Below are positions 28,765 through 39,900 of a stretch of 64,000 nucleotides of DNA, in pieces. The position numbers and the translations under genes are program-made. The notes under the pieces are model-generated. The model made no database searches. It was not told the origin of the DNA and saw only the letters and a program-made list of their open reading frames with translations. Location: positions 4,000,001-4,064,000 of the forward strand of contig OZ244170.1 in the NCBI GenBank assembly GCA_965216565.1, given 5' to 3'. Origin of the DNA: Bythopirellula sp. (GTDB taxonomy: Bacteria > Planctomycetota > Planctomycetia > Pirellulales > Lacipirellulaceae). Each line of letters starts with the position of its first letter. Position 1 is the stretch's first letter.

Positions 28765-30372
28765 ATGCAATCTCCAACCCCTTGGCAAAGTGATCCTGTC
28801 TTCATAGAGATAGGCGTTCAGAGTGCCGATGTTGCGCTTAGTTTGCGCCACGAAGGGTACTCGAAGTACTTGGGAGTTAGTGAAAGTTCCGGGCAGGTGG
28901 CTGCTTTGCAGGCCGCTCACCCCGAGATCGCAGCCGATCTAGTGCACAGCAAACATCGTAAGGTGGTGCGTCGTAACAACGCGCAGGTCTTGATTCTTTC
29001 CGGCCTCTCGGTCTTGCACCTATGGAAGTACCGATCGGTCCGTCACGCAGAGTGTGTTGCCTGGCGAGCAAGTTTTTCGCCTCTAACGCTCTTGGGCATG
29101 CTGGGATGCTTACTGCAGATGCTCACAAAGCGATATTCAAAACCACAAATTGTTTCCCTGAAATCGGCCACAGGAAAACCTCAGCGATTGTTCGTCACCC
29201 GCGTGTTGCGACCGAAACTACCAGGGCAAAAGTCCTTGCACTTTATTCCTCACCGACTAGGAATAAAGGGTTTATTCGATCGATTCGCAGAGCAAGGGTC
29301 AAAGTATGTCGTGTTGCGCTGGTTTGACGAACTGCCCGAGATCAAGCCGAACGAGGATGTCGACCTCCTGGTGGCCGACGAATCACTGGATAGCGTCTTG
29401 GAAACTCTCAGCTCGCAGCCTGGAATTCAACCTTGCGATCTCTACAGTGAACGAGGTTTGCCGCGTTCGGACTACTGCGGTACGCCTTACTACCCAGCCG
29501 CAGTCGCACAGCGGCTTTTAGATAACGCAGTTCGGCACAACGACCTTTGCATGGTGCCTGACGATCAAGACTACTTCCATAGCCTTGCCTATCACGCGGT
29601 TTATCACAAGGGTTTGAAATCCGATCTGCCAGTTAGCGGCAGTGACGAGCAGCGAAGAAGCAAATCGGACCACGACTACGCCGCCATTTTGGAATCGATG
29701 GCGACCCAGTTGGGAATCGACGTCGAGATATCTCTTGAGGGATTACACCGCTATCTGCAGCAAACTGGTTGGGGACCTTCCGACGAAATGCTGGCCCGGT
29801 TGGCAATTGCCTGCTGGCGAAACCCATGGCTGCAAACGCTGGCCAGTCGGCTGGAAGGTCACATCCACGACCAAGGCCTGGCCGTATTTGTAGTTCGCCG
29901 TGAAGCCGTGGATAGAGGTTTGCTAGAGCAAATCACCGACATGGTCGAAGTGGGCGGATTCGAGATTCTTCAAACCAAGAAGCTCAGCGAAGAAATGATT
30001 CGAACCGGTGCATCCCAAACACGGGGAGGCAATTGGAAGTTGGAGGGGCCGTTTGATATCTCAGGCGGACCACCGGCAGCCGTTATCGTCGCCTACGACC
30101 ACCAGCCGTTGCCACTAACCGCGAAGCAAAGCCGCAAGTTTACGACGCGGACCAATGCTCGGCTGTTCGTCAAAGAAAAGATTCGCGATGTCCTGTGCGA
30201 GCAGTTGCCCTCGGGCGAGCGATTCAATGCCCTTCATTCCAGCGACCATGCCGCCGACGCCCTGCATTTGATTGAAACACTCGTGCCAGAGTTGATGGAC
30301 GATATCGTATCTCGTCTGACGGAATCACCACGAACGATCCCCATTCGCAAAGAAATCCGTCGTGCCGCTTAA
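28765..30372 (+). CDS. Multidomain protein: Rossmann-like N-terminus, nucleotidyltransferase-like middle, NDK-like C-terminus (paralog 1)
   Basis: FIEIGV; YVVLRW....EDVDLLV; RREAVDRGL..I...VE.GGFEI; SGGP; NALHSSD. Confidence 0.55.
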   Translation: MQSPTPWQSDPVFIEIGVQSADVALSLRHEGYSKYLGVSESSGQVAALQAAHPEIAADLVHSKHRKVVRRNNAQVLILSGLSVLHLWKYRSVRHAECVAWRASFSPLTLLGMLGCLLQMLTKRYSKPQIVSLKSATGKPQRLFVTRVLRPKLPGQKSLHFIPHRLGIKGLFDRFAEQGSKYVVLRWFDELPEIKPNEDVDLLVADESLDSVLETLSSQPGIQPCDLYSERGLPRSDYCGTPYYPAAVAQRLLDNAVRHNDLCMVPDDQDYFHSLAYHAVYHKGLKSDLPVSGSDEQRRSKSDHDYAAILESMATQLGIDVEISLEGLHRYLQQTGWGPSDEMLARLAIACWRNPWLQTLASRLEGHIHDQGLAVFVVRREAVDRGLLEQITDMVEVGGFEILQTKKLSEEMIRTGASQTRGGNWKLEGPFDISGGPPAAVIVAYDHQPLPLTAKQSRKFTTRTNARLFVKEKIRDVLCEQLPSGERFNALHSSDHAADALHLIETLVPELMDDIVSRLTESPRTIPIRKEIRRAA

Positions 30373-30425
30373 GCACTAGCACAGTATCCATTTTGAAAAT
30401 AGAGAGTTCGGAGACAGCAAGAACA

Positions 30426-32033
30426 ATGCGACCTCAAGATTATTGGCAGGACGACCCCACATTCATCGAGATTGGTGTACACGATGCGCATCTTGCATCG
30501 AGCATGGCCCATGAAGGCTTCTCGAACTACCTGGGAGTCTCGACAGACGCCCGCCAACTGGCCAAATTGCAGCAACAGCATCCCGAACTAGCCAACTCTT
30601 TCGTGTTCTCCAATCGCGAGCGACTCGTTCGCAATAATAATGCCAAAGTTCTCGTTCTGTCGGGCACCAAGATGCTCCATCTCTGGAAGTATCGATCCGT
30701 GCGACATTCCGAGAGCGTTGCCTGGCGACCCGGTTTCAACGTCGCAACCGTGGTCGCGTTCATGGGCTGTCTGTGGCACATGCTTAGCAGAAACTATTCC
30801 CGGCCACGCTTGGTAAAGTTCCAAACTCCCAGTCAGCGTACTGTTCGTCTGGTTGTCCATCGCATCCTGCGTCCTCGATTGTGCAACCGAAAGTCGCTGC
30901 ACTTTATTCCCCATGAGTTGGGAATCACCGGCATGTTTCAGGCGTTTGACCAGCAGCAGGTTAACTACGTGGTGCTCCGCTGGTTTGATCGATTGCCGGT
31001 TGTCGAAGAGCACGAAGACGTTGACTTGCTGGTTGCCGACGACAATTTGGGTCAGGTGCTTGAGCTACTTCAGAAGAAGCCGGGCATCGTGCCATGCGAT
31101 ATCTACAGCGAAACCGGATTGGCAAGATCCGACTATCGCGGTACGCCCTACTACCCACATCATGTGGCGGGATGGCTGCTTGAGGGCCGCATTCGCCACA
31201 ACGACTTATTTTATGTCCCAAACCGCTACAACTATTTTCATAGCCTTGCCTACCACGCGGTCTATCACAAAGGAACGCGATCGAATCTCGATCGCGGCAA
31301 CACAGGCTTACGCGCCCGGCGAGGCACACCGGGACACGATTACGTCAGTGTTCTCAGCGAGATGGCCAAGAAGTTGCAGATTGAAGTCGACATTAGCTTG
31401 GAAGGCCTCCACCGATATTTGCAAGACACGGGTTGGGGTCCTGCCCCGGAGTTACTCGCACGCCTATCGCTGGCTTGCAAAGGCAACAAATGGCTGAGGT
31501 TGTTGGCCAGTCGCTTGGCCCCCCACGTCCACGACCAAGGTCTGGCACTCTTCGCAATTCGTCACGAGGCTGTGCAACGCGGCTTCAAAGACAAGATCAT
31601 CAGTAAGATTGAACAAGGCGGTTTTGAAATTTTGGCCGTGAAAGATCTTTCCCCAGCCGAAATTGAATTCAGTGCCCTTCGCACCCGTGGTGGAAACTGG
31701 CGCACCGGGCCATTTGATATCTCGGGGGGACCTCCGGCGGTGGCCGTAGTCGCCTACGACCCGCAACCGCTAAAGCCCAATCGCAAGCAGTATCGCAAGT
31801 TTCCCGAGCGCACTAACGCGAGAATCTTTCTGAAAGAGAAGATTCGCGACGAAGTCATCGAAGAGCTGCCTGCCAACGAGAGTTTCAATGCGGTTCACTC
31901 TAGCGACCATGCTGCCGAAGCGTGGCATCTTCTAGAGCTTTATGCACCAGAACTCATTGAGACTGTACGTGGGCAACTAGCTGGAAAACACCAAGCCCAA
32001 GGCAAACAGATTACGGAGCGGCGTGCGGCGTAG
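30426..32033 (+). CDS. Multidomain protein: Rossmann-like N-terminus, nucleotidyltransferase-like middle, NDK-like C-terminus (paralog 2)
   Basis: Colinear paralog of the previous gene: FIEIGV, EDVDLLV, RHEAVQRGF..KII..IE.GGFEI, NAVHSSD. Confidence 0.55.
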   Translation: MRPQDYWQDDPTFIEIGVHDAHLASSMAHEGFSNYLGVSTDARQLAKLQQQHPELANSFVFSNRERLVRNNNAKVLVLSGTKMLHLWKYRSVRHSESVAWRPGFNVATVVAFMGCLWHMLSRNYSRPRLVKFQTPSQRTVRLVVHRILRPRLCNRKSLHFIPHELGITGMFQAFDQQQVNYVVLRWFDRLPVVEEHEDVDLLVADDNLGQVLELLQKKPGIVPCDIYSETGLARSDYRGTPYYPHHVAGWLLEGRIRHNDLFYVPNRYNYFHSLAYHAVYHKGTRSNLDRGNTGLRARRGTPGHDYVSVLSEMAKKLQIEVDISLEGLHRYLQDTGWGPAPELLARLSLACKGNKWLRLLASRLAPHVHDQGLALFAIRHEAVQRGFKDKIISKIEQGGFEILAVKDLSPAEIEFSALRTRGGNWRTGPFDISGGPPAVAVVAYDPQPLKPNRKQYRKFPERTNARIFLKEKIRDEVIEELPANESFNAVHSSDHAAEAWHLLELYAPELIETVRGQLAGKHQAQGKQITERRAA

Positions 32034-32082
32034 TCTTGAATATGGGAATTACTAGACCATAACGGATTCTGGGGAGAACACC

Positions 32083-33054
32083 GTGAAAGTTTCTGTCATC
32101 CTAGCTACTTACAACGAACCAAAGTGGCTTGCGAAAGTCATTCGGGGCTACGCGGCGCAGACACACCGAGATTTTGAACTCGTGATCGCCGATGATGGAT
32201 CGACTGCCGACACGGCGGAAGCAATCGAACGCCTGCGGAACGAAACAGGCCTCACCATTCTGCACGTTTGGCACAAGGACGATGGATTTCGCAAGTGTAG
32301 AATCTTGAACAAGGCGATCGAGGCTGCCACGAGCGACTACCTCGTCTTTTCCGACGGCGACTGCATCCCTCGCGAAGACTTTCTAGAAGCCCATGTTCGG
32401 CATGCTGCCCCAGGTCGGTTTCTTTCTGGAGGATTGGTTCGCCTGCCGATGGATGTGAGCCACAAGATTTCGGCGGAAGATATCGAAGAGCAACGGGCCA
32501 CCGATTATTCCTGGCTTCGCAACAAAGGGATGTCCTGGAACAAGAAATGTCTGATGCTGGTGAAGTCGAAATGGCAAGCCAGATTGCTCGACTTCCTCAC
32601 CACGACCCGCGCCTCTTGGAACGGTCACAACGCCTCGGGGTGGAAGAAAGACATCCTCGAAGTCAACGGTTTCGACGAGCGGATGGGTTATGGAGGAGAA
32701 GATCGCGAACTAGGCCTGCGACTGATGAACAAAGGAATCGAGCCCTATCAGCTCCGTCACCGTGCCGTATGTGTACACCTGGACCACAAGCGGGGCTACG
32801 TCCACCAAGATATTCTTGCCTGGAACCAAGAGCATCGCACGATGGTGTCGAGAATGCGACTCACGTGGACCAGGTTCGGCATCGCGGCTGCTCAAGAAGA
32901 GGCCACGGGCGGCATGATTCTCCGGTTCCCCACGCAGCAGGACGAGGCAGTGGTTCTTGGCGCCGAGTCGACAACCCAGTCCACAGCCGACGGCATGATC
33001 GTGAAGTTCCCCGAACGGGAAGAGCAGCAACAGTCCGCACGCAAGGCCGCCTAG
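32083..33054 (+). CDS. Glycosyltransferase family 2 with a galactosyltransferase-like C-terminal subdomain
   Basis: SVILATYN, IADDGS, FSDGDCIP and VNGFDERM.YGGED. GTG start with a GGGGAG RBS. Confidence 0.9.
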   Translation: MKVSVILATYNEPKWLAKVIRGYAAQTHRDFELVIADDGSTADTAEAIERLRNETGLTILHVWHKDDGFRKCRILNKAIEAATSDYLVFSDGDCIPREDFLEAHVRHAAPGRFLSGGLVRLPMDVSHKISAEDIEEQRATDYSWLRNKGMSWNKKCLMLVKSKWQARLLDFLTTTRASWNGHNASGWKKDILEVNGFDERMGYGGEDRELGLRLMNKGIEPYQLRHRAVCVHLDHKRGYVHQDILAWNQEHRTMVSRMRLTWTRFGIAAAQEEATGGMILRFPTQQDEAVVLGAESTTQSTADGMIVKFPEREEQQQSARKAA

Positions 33055-33198
33055 GTGGTAACGCCCAGATTAGCGAGAATCAGCCAAATCGAGGTGCACT
33101 TCTGGTTGAGTCTAAGCCCGTCTCTAGCCTGCACGAACCGATGAAGCCGAGACGAAGTCAAGTTAGCTGTGGTAGGGTGGCGCCGTCAGGCCCACCGT

Positions 33199-33270
33199 GA
33201 GTGAGATTCTGACGTCGTCACTCTCGGTGTGCCGCCGCGTTGCTATGGCACACCCTACGTACTACGTACT
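33199..33270. repeat. 72-bp repeat containing a REP-like palindrome, copy 1
   Basis: Matches 34202..34273 at 65/72 by my alignment. Contains the TGTGCC..GGCACA palindrome ending CTAC, preceded by an inverted GTAGGGTGG..CCACC unit near 33172. Confidence 0.8.
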
Positions 33271-33290
33271 TCGCAATGTACAGATGGCAG

Positions 33291-34007
33291 TCAATTGCCA
33301 AAATGGATCGATTGATGAATCCTGCAATTGGGAAGTGTTTGCCTTAGCTCTTGCACTTGTTCATCACTTACTGGCGTGCCATAGAGATGAAGCGACCTAA
33401 GATTCCTCAGTTGCACCAATTGGGATATGTCGTTCACCTGCGTGTTCATGAGGTAGAGCACTTTGAGATTCGTCAACTTTTCCAGGGGGGATAGATCGCT
33501 CACCCGCGTGTTGACGAGCACTAGGGACTTGAGGTTCTTCATCTCCGCCAGGGGCATGAGATCACTCACCTGGGTGTTGTCAAGATGAAGTGTAGTGAGA
33601 TACTTCATGTCAGCTAAGGGCGACAGATCACTCACCGGTGTGTTCGAGAGGTAAAGCCATGTGAGCTTCTTTAAGTCCGCTAGCGGTGACAGATCTCTGA
33701 CCGCTGTGTTGCTAAGGTTTACCCATGGTACCCTCTCGCCGAACCACTGTTCCTTCGTTTTTTCCCACGAGCTTTTGTTGATTTGAAAATCGACAATAGT
33801 ATTTTGGTAATGGGAACTGATGTAAACTTTGCCGCCCAGCTTGTTGACCCAAACAGCCACACTTTGCTCTTTACGTATTTGCTCCAGTTCCCAACAGATC
33901 CAGCCAAGCAGAATGGACAAGACGGTAACAACGATCAGCAGCGTCCGCACACGAAATCGGAGCCAGCGACGGCGGAGCTTGGCAGTTTTCTCAGTATCTT
34001 TGTGCAT
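33291..34007 (-). CDS. Membrane-anchored internalin-type leucine-rich-repeat protein
   Basis: RRWLRFRVRTLLIVV N-terminal motif plus TM, then 22-aa repeats L.NT.V.DLSPLA.LK.L..L.L. Start is ATG 34007 or 34064. Confidence 0.88.
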   Translation of the reverse strand: MHKDTEKTAKLRRRWLRFRVRTLLIVVTVLSILLGWICWELEQIRKEQSVAVWVNKLGGKVYISSHYQNTIVDFQINKSSWEKTKEQWFGERVPWVNLSNTAVRDLSPLADLKKLTWLYLSNTPVSDLSPLADMKYLTTLHLDNTQVSDLMPLAEMKNLKSLVLVNTRVSDLSPLEKLTNLKVLYLMNTQVNDISQLVQLRNLRSLHLYGTPVSDEQVQELRQTLPNCRIHQSIHFGN

Positions 34008-34201
34008 AGCATCATCGTAGCCCTGAGTATTCTGATTAGCTATGTCTGAAACGACGACATTCATGTTGCTCTAACTGCCAACAGGCACATCGACCGACGG
34101 CTTGAAATACCGCGGGTGGCACCGACTGTCGGTGTTGCCATAGGCCCATAGAAGGCAACCAGGCGTAAAATGCTGAGGCACTTACGGGCTGTGTCGAAAC
34201 A

Positions 34202-34273
34202 GAGTGAGATTGTGCCATCGTCCCCCTCGTTGTGCCGCCGCGTTGCTATGGCACACTCTACGTACTACGTACT
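34202..34273. repeat. 72-bp repeat containing a REP-like palindrome, copy 2
   Basis: Direct repeat of 33199..33270 at a 1003-bp offset. Confidence 0.8.
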
Positions 34274-34295
34274 ATTGAATTGTTCAACCCATGTT

Positions 34296-34378
34296 ACGCC
34301 GAAGGCGTTGAACTCTTCAGCCCAGGGTTGATCGCGAAGCGATCTACCCTGGGCTATGGTATGTATCCCCTTCGGGGA
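34296..34378. repeat. Multi-hairpin intergenic element (REP-like)
   Basis: ACGCCGAAGGCGT hairpin; AGCCCAGGGT..GATCGCGAAGCGATC..ACCCTGGGCT nested stem; TCCCCTTCGGGGA hairpin. Confidence 0.6.
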
Positions 34379-34711
34379 ATGTCCATGCTCAAGGCGTGAG
34401 ATGACGAGACTCTTACAGGCTGTGTCGAAACAGTAGAAATAACAATCTCTTCTGATGTTCGAATTCGAGAAGACTCCACGAGCGAGTGACTCTTCTGCGT
34501 TGGATTAAGAGGTCATAGCCAGCGACTTTGTGGGACCCCTACTCGCAGTGCAAAATTAAATTGCGAGTTGCAACCTACGCCCGTCTTTCCGAGGTCTGCC
34601 GAGAAACTTAGGGCATTACCAGTGTTCGCGTTCCGCTTGGCCGTGTACGTTTCGCGGTATGTTGGCAGACACCGCCAACAACATAGCAGGACGAAAATGT
34701 GAAAAAGTCTG

Positions 34712-36715
34712 CTACGCTGCTTTGCCGTAGGCGATGTTCGTGAGCCGTTGGTAAAGTTCGCAGCTTTCTGCCAACTCGTCGTGGGTGCCGATTTGCGAGA
34801 TCTTGCCGTTTTCCATCACGACAATTCGGTCGGCCAAAGATACGGTCCGCATCCGGTGCGTCACCAAGAGTGCCGTCCGATCGGCTAGAAACTCTTCTAG
34901 CACTTGATGAATCAGTTGCTCACTCTCCAAATCGACCTGGCTGGTGGCCTCGTCGAGCAGCACGATTTCTGGATCGCGTAGAATTGCCCTGGCCAGTGCA
35001 ATCCGTTGCCGCTGACCGCCCGAGAGTCGATTGCCGGCCGGTCCCACGATGGTTTCGAACCCATCGGAAAGTTCGTTGGTGATAAACTCATAGGCTTGCG
35101 CCTTGCGAGCAGCGGATTCAATCTCCTCTTGCGTTGCCTCTGGCGAACCGTAGGAAATGTTGAACGCAACCGACTCGTTGACCATGGGCGTTTCTTGACT
35201 GACGATGCCCATCCGCTGACGAATAGTGTGAAGACTCACGTCGCGGAGATCGACGCCATCGATGCAGATTGCACCAGAGTGGGGATCGTAAAACCGCGGC
35301 AGCAGATTGAGCAGTGTCGACTTGCCAGAACCATTCGGTCCAAGAATGGCAATTGTTTCGCCCGCTTTCACACGGAGATCGATGCCCTCCAAGAGCGGCG
35401 TCTCTGGCATGTAGTGAAACGCCACGTTGTTGAAGTGAATCGATTTCTTCAATGGGCCTAGATGTTTTGGTTGAGCTGGGTCGAGCAACTGAGGTTCCCG
35501 GTCGAGGACCTCGTACAAACGGTCCGACGCTGCGACGCTTTGCTGGATACGGTTCAACAGTGCTGAGAGCCGTCGCGCGGGGTCGGAAATGCCAGCCATC
35601 ATGGCGAAGAACACACTCATCAAGCCATGTGTTAACGGTACATCGCTGATTTTGATGCCAAACAAATGGGTGTGGTGCGTGAGGACCAGATAGCCGCCGG
35701 CGAGCGCCGTCAGCAGGATCATAATCACGCCTAGTAGCTCAGTCAGTGGACTCACCAGCGAACTGTAGCGAGCCGTTTTCATCTGACAGTCGTAATAGAC
35801 TTTAGCAGACTTTTCGAACCGCTTTTGCTCGGTCTCTTCCATGGTGAACGACTTGATGAGCTTCACGGTGCTCATGGTTTCGGTGAGTGTCTCGAAAATG
35901 CCGGACAGCTCGTGCATCGCCTTGCGATGGGCTCGCTTGAGCGATTTGGCAAGCCACATCACCGTGTAGCCGGCGATGGGAGCAAACAGTAGCGTTAGCA
36001 GCAGCAAACGCCAGCTCACCGTGGCCGCAACGATCAGGCAGGTGATCATTTTCAATGGTTCTAACAACGTGGCACCAAAAACCGTTCGCACGCCAGAGTA
36101 GACCCACGTGAGATCGGTGGTGCACCGATTCATCAGATCGCCACGGCCCTGCTCATTGAAGCTGGCCATGTCGAGCGAGAGGAGTTTCCGGTGAAACTCT
36201 TTCCGCAAGTCGAGGCTGACCGTGCAGCCGAGCCGTGCTACGAATAACACATTGATGATCCGAAACATACTGCGGAGCAGCGTGCCTGCAAACACAAAGA
36301 TCACTACGAGCACGAGTGTCTCGAACGTCGAAGTTGGAAGGTATTTGTGCGCATATGGAGACGCCCAGCGATACCGTTGCACATACTCCGCGTGGATATT
36401 CTCCTGATGTTGATGCTCCTTAATGTCAGACTGCAAGAGCAAAGATTTCTGCGAGCCCTTCGGGGCACCTGCTAGTTTCTTTTCGAGAGATTCAATCTCA
36501 GCCTGATGCACTGCGACTTGCTCTTCGTGCTGAGCGAGCTGGTCGTCGACCCACTCGGGCAAAGCCCGATCGGTCATAATGACATCAACTACAGGGAAGA
36601 CTGCACTCAAATTCGCGGCCCAAAGAATGGCCACGCAGATCGCGCTAACAACACAGCCCAGGACGTTTAGCCTGTGTTTTAGTGCGAGACGCAGGACTCG
36701 CTGAAAGTTCTTCAT
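34712..36715 (-). CDS. MsbA-like ABC exporter (TMD + NBD)
   Basis: N-terminal TM domain, then GPNGSGKS, LSGGQRQR, VLLDEATS and VTHR. Start placed at ATG 36715 (MKNF). Confidence 0.9.
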   Translation of the reverse strand: MKNFQRVLRLALKHRLNVLGCVVSAICVAILWAANLSAVFPVVDVIMTDRALPEWVDDQLAQHEEQVAVHQAEIESLEKKLAGAPKGSQKSLLLQSDIKEHQHQENIHAEYVQRYRWASPYAHKYLPTSTFETLVLVVIFVFAGTLLRSMFRIINVLFVARLGCTVSLDLRKEFHRKLLSLDMASFNEQGRGDLMNRCTTDLTWVYSGVRTVFGATLLEPLKMITCLIVAATVSWRLLLLTLLFAPIAGYTVMWLAKSLKRAHRKAMHELSGIFETLTETMSTVKLIKSFTMEETEQKRFEKSAKVYYDCQMKTARYSSLVSPLTELLGVIMILLTALAGGYLVLTHHTHLFGIKISDVPLTHGLMSVFFAMMAGISDPARRLSALLNRIQQSVAASDRLYEVLDREPQLLDPAQPKHLGPLKKSIHFNNVAFHYMPETPLLEGIDLRVKAGETIAILGPNGSGKSTLLNLLPRFYDPHSGAICIDGVDLRDVSLHTIRQRMGIVSQETPMVNESVAFNISYGSPEATQEEIESAARKAQAYEFITNELSDGFETIVGPAGNRLSGGQRQRIALARAILRDPEIVLLDEATSQVDLESEQLIHQVLEEFLADRTALLVTHRMRTVSLADRIVVMENGKISQIGTHDELAESCELYQRLTNIAYGKAA

Positions 36716-36963
36716 CGAGAATCGTTTTGCAATGGGGGAGGTGCGGGATATTGCACATTGCTTCGCAGCGTGTGCAGCCAGTTGCAAGACTTATTCACTA
36801 GGCAGAGCTTCTCTGCGAATAGCCTTCCTGCAAATGCGGCGAGGAGTGTAGCAAACCCACTACTAGCACCCAAGGGCATTGGGTAGCTAGCATCAGACCC
36901 GAGGCCGCTAGTTTTCAGCCAGTTTCCGGGTCCTGGTCAGCGGAAGATAGCATGCAGTCTGAA

Positions 36964-39900
36964 CTACACGTTTGTATAGAGCGACTGGACCTCGGCTGCA
37001 TCTACAGCTCGATCATAGATTTGCACATCATCCATCCCACCTGAGTAGGCCCGATATCCACCATGCTGCGCGCCCAAGGCTAAAGGTAGATTGTTCGTCG
37101 CGATCGTGAACTGCTCGTCCCGACTATTGTCGAGTTGACCATTGATATAGAGCTTGATCGAAGATCCGTCATACGTGGCGACCACGTGCATCCATTCGTT
37201 CCCATCGGTTGGATAAGTAACCGTACTGTTCAGGCGATAATCGTTCTTGTCACTTGCCTGGTTGAATCGCACAAAGACCTTGCCACTGGAACTGAGCGAG
37301 AGTTCGAAGCCGTCGGTTTCACCATGGTCGGCCTTCTTCACCAGATATTGGGTGCCCTTGGCGTCGGGGCGAATCCAGGTGGAAATCGTGATCTGCTGGT
37401 TCATGTCAAGCGAGGGAGTATCGGTGATTTCTACATAGTCTGACGTTCCATCAAATTGCATCGCACTACCCGTCGGACCGGCAACAACTTGAGGGCTACC
37501 ATTCACATTTCCGTGGTTCCCCTGCCCCGAAGAGTCTGTCAGTGTATTGCCGGAAGTGCTGTCGAGCGACCAGTGTCCGACAAGACCTGAAGAATTCGTA
37601 GGCAAGTTATTAACAGTAATGTTTACCTGATCGGAGCCGGTGAGCTGACCATCGTTGGCCGTGAGCTGGAGAACATAGCTCCCTGCAGCGGAGAACTGGG
37701 CGGTGGTCGTGGTGGAGCTATTGTTACCGAAGCTCACACTTCCAGGCCCGGAGACCACGGTCCAACTAGTCGAAAGGTTCCCCGGGCTGGGCAGCCCATC
37801 GTCACTGACTGAGCCAGAGAGGACAACCGACTGACCTAAGGTAATCGTCTGGTTGTTGCCCGCGTTGACCTGCGGAGCCTGGTTGGTGGGTGCCCCGGGG
37901 TTGACGGTGACGGTCACTTGATCAGACCCGGTAAGCTGGCCGTCGTTGGCCGTGAGCTGCAGAACATAGCTTCCCGCAGTGGAGAACTGGGCGGTAGTCG
38001 TGGTGGAGCTATTGTTACCGAAGCTCACACTCCCAGGCCCCGAGACCACCGTCCAGCTCGTGGTGAGATTCCCTGGGCTAGGCAATCCATCGTCGTTGGC
38101 CGAGCCTACGAGTACCACGGACTGCCCTAAGGTAATCGACTGGTTGCTGCCGGCATTGACCTGCGGCGCTTCGTTAATGGTGTTACCACCTGGTGAGAGA
38201 TAAGTTACTTCGAGCATGGGCCGATCCGAAGCATTGCCTGTCTCACGGGAGCTAAAGTCGATTCCATTGCTGGCATCGACATAGTCTTGGAAAATGAGAC
38301 CATGGTTCGAGGAAGGATCGTTCACCCAGCTCTGGACAACCGCAATCCCGGCACCGTTAAGAAGCAGCTCGTAGTTGCCCGAGCTACTGGCGGAGAGTTG
38401 CCCCAGGACGGTTGTCCCTCGGTCCGCTGCACTATCGGCTCCCTGGGAAGCCCAGGCAGCGCCACCGGCTGCTTGTTCCCAGGTGGCCGAGAGTTCATCC
38501 CAGGCCCGCTCCAGAGCATAGACTTCGTAGTCGTTGGACGTGGAGTTAGTGACGTTCAGTTCCAAACGGGCGGAGGTGACCGTACTTCCAACCGGAATCG
38601 CACTGACGTCCCAACCCAATAGGGCCGCTTGATCAGGCTTACCATCGACTTCCAGGCTCGAGCTGGAGCCGAAGTTCGAGTTCGACTCGTCACTCATGAT
38701 GTAGGTATCACGAGTGCCGTTGTAGTTGACGAAAGGGTAGATCCCATCCTGGAAGGCCATGGTCACCGGTCCCGAGCCATCGGTGACATTCACCGTCACT
38801 TGGTCCGACCCGGTGAGGAGTCCATCGTTGGCGGTAAGCTGCAAGACATAGTTACCCACCGTGGAAAACTGGGCCGAGGTGGACGCGGAGCCGCTATTGC
38901 CGAAGTTCACACTTCCAGGTCCCGAGACGACTGTCCAGCTAGTCGAGAGGTTCCCCGGGCTAGGCAGCCCATCGTCGCTCACGATGCCCGAGAGAGTGAT
39001 CGATTCGCCTAAGAGTACCGACTGATTATTACCGGCATTCACCTGTGGAGCCTGATTCGTAGGCAAGTTATTAACAGTAATGTTTACCTGATCGGAGCCG
39101 GTGAGCTGACCATCGTTGGCCGTGAGCTGGAGAACATAGCTCCCTGCAGCGGAGAACTGGGCGGTGGTCGTGGTGGAGCTATTGTTACCGAAGCTCACAC
39201 TTCCAGGCCCGGAGACCACGGTCCAACTAGTCGAAAGGTTCCCCGGGCTGGGCAGCCCATCGTCACTGACTGAGCCAGAGAGGACAACCGACTGACCTAA
39301 GGTAATCGTCTGGTTGTTGCCCGCGTTGACCTGCGGAGCCTGGTTGGTGGGTGCCCCGGGGTTGACGGTGACGGTCACTTGATCAGACCCGGTAAGCTGG
39401 CCGTCGTTGGCCGTGAGCTGCAGAACATAGCTTCCCGCAGTGGAGAACTGGGCGGTAGTCGTGGTGGAGCTATTGTTACCGAAGCTCACACTCCCAGGCC
39501 CCGAGACCACCGTCCAGCTCGTGGTGAGATTCCCTGGGCTAGGCAATCCATCGTCGTTGGCCGAGCCTACGAGTACCACGGACTGCCCTAAGGTAATCGA
39601 CTGGTTGCTGCCGGCATTGACCTGCGGCGCTTCGTTAATGGTGTTACCACCTGGTGAGAGATAAGTTACTTCGAGCATGGGCCGATCCGAAGCATTGCCT
39701 GTCTCACGGGAGCTAAAGTCGATTCCATTGCTGGCATCGACATAGTCTTGGAAAATGAGACCATGGTTCGAGGAAGGATCGTTCACCCAGCTCTGGACAA
39801 CCGCAATCCCGGCACCGTTAAGAAGCAGCTCGTAGTTGCCCGAGCTACTGGCGGAGAGTTGCCCCAGGACGGTTGTCCCTCGGTCCGCCGCACTATCGGC

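Noticed and set aside
33172..34433. CRISPR array or integron attC array
   Set aside because: Only two copies of each repeat, no regular spacers, and no cas or integrase gene in the window.
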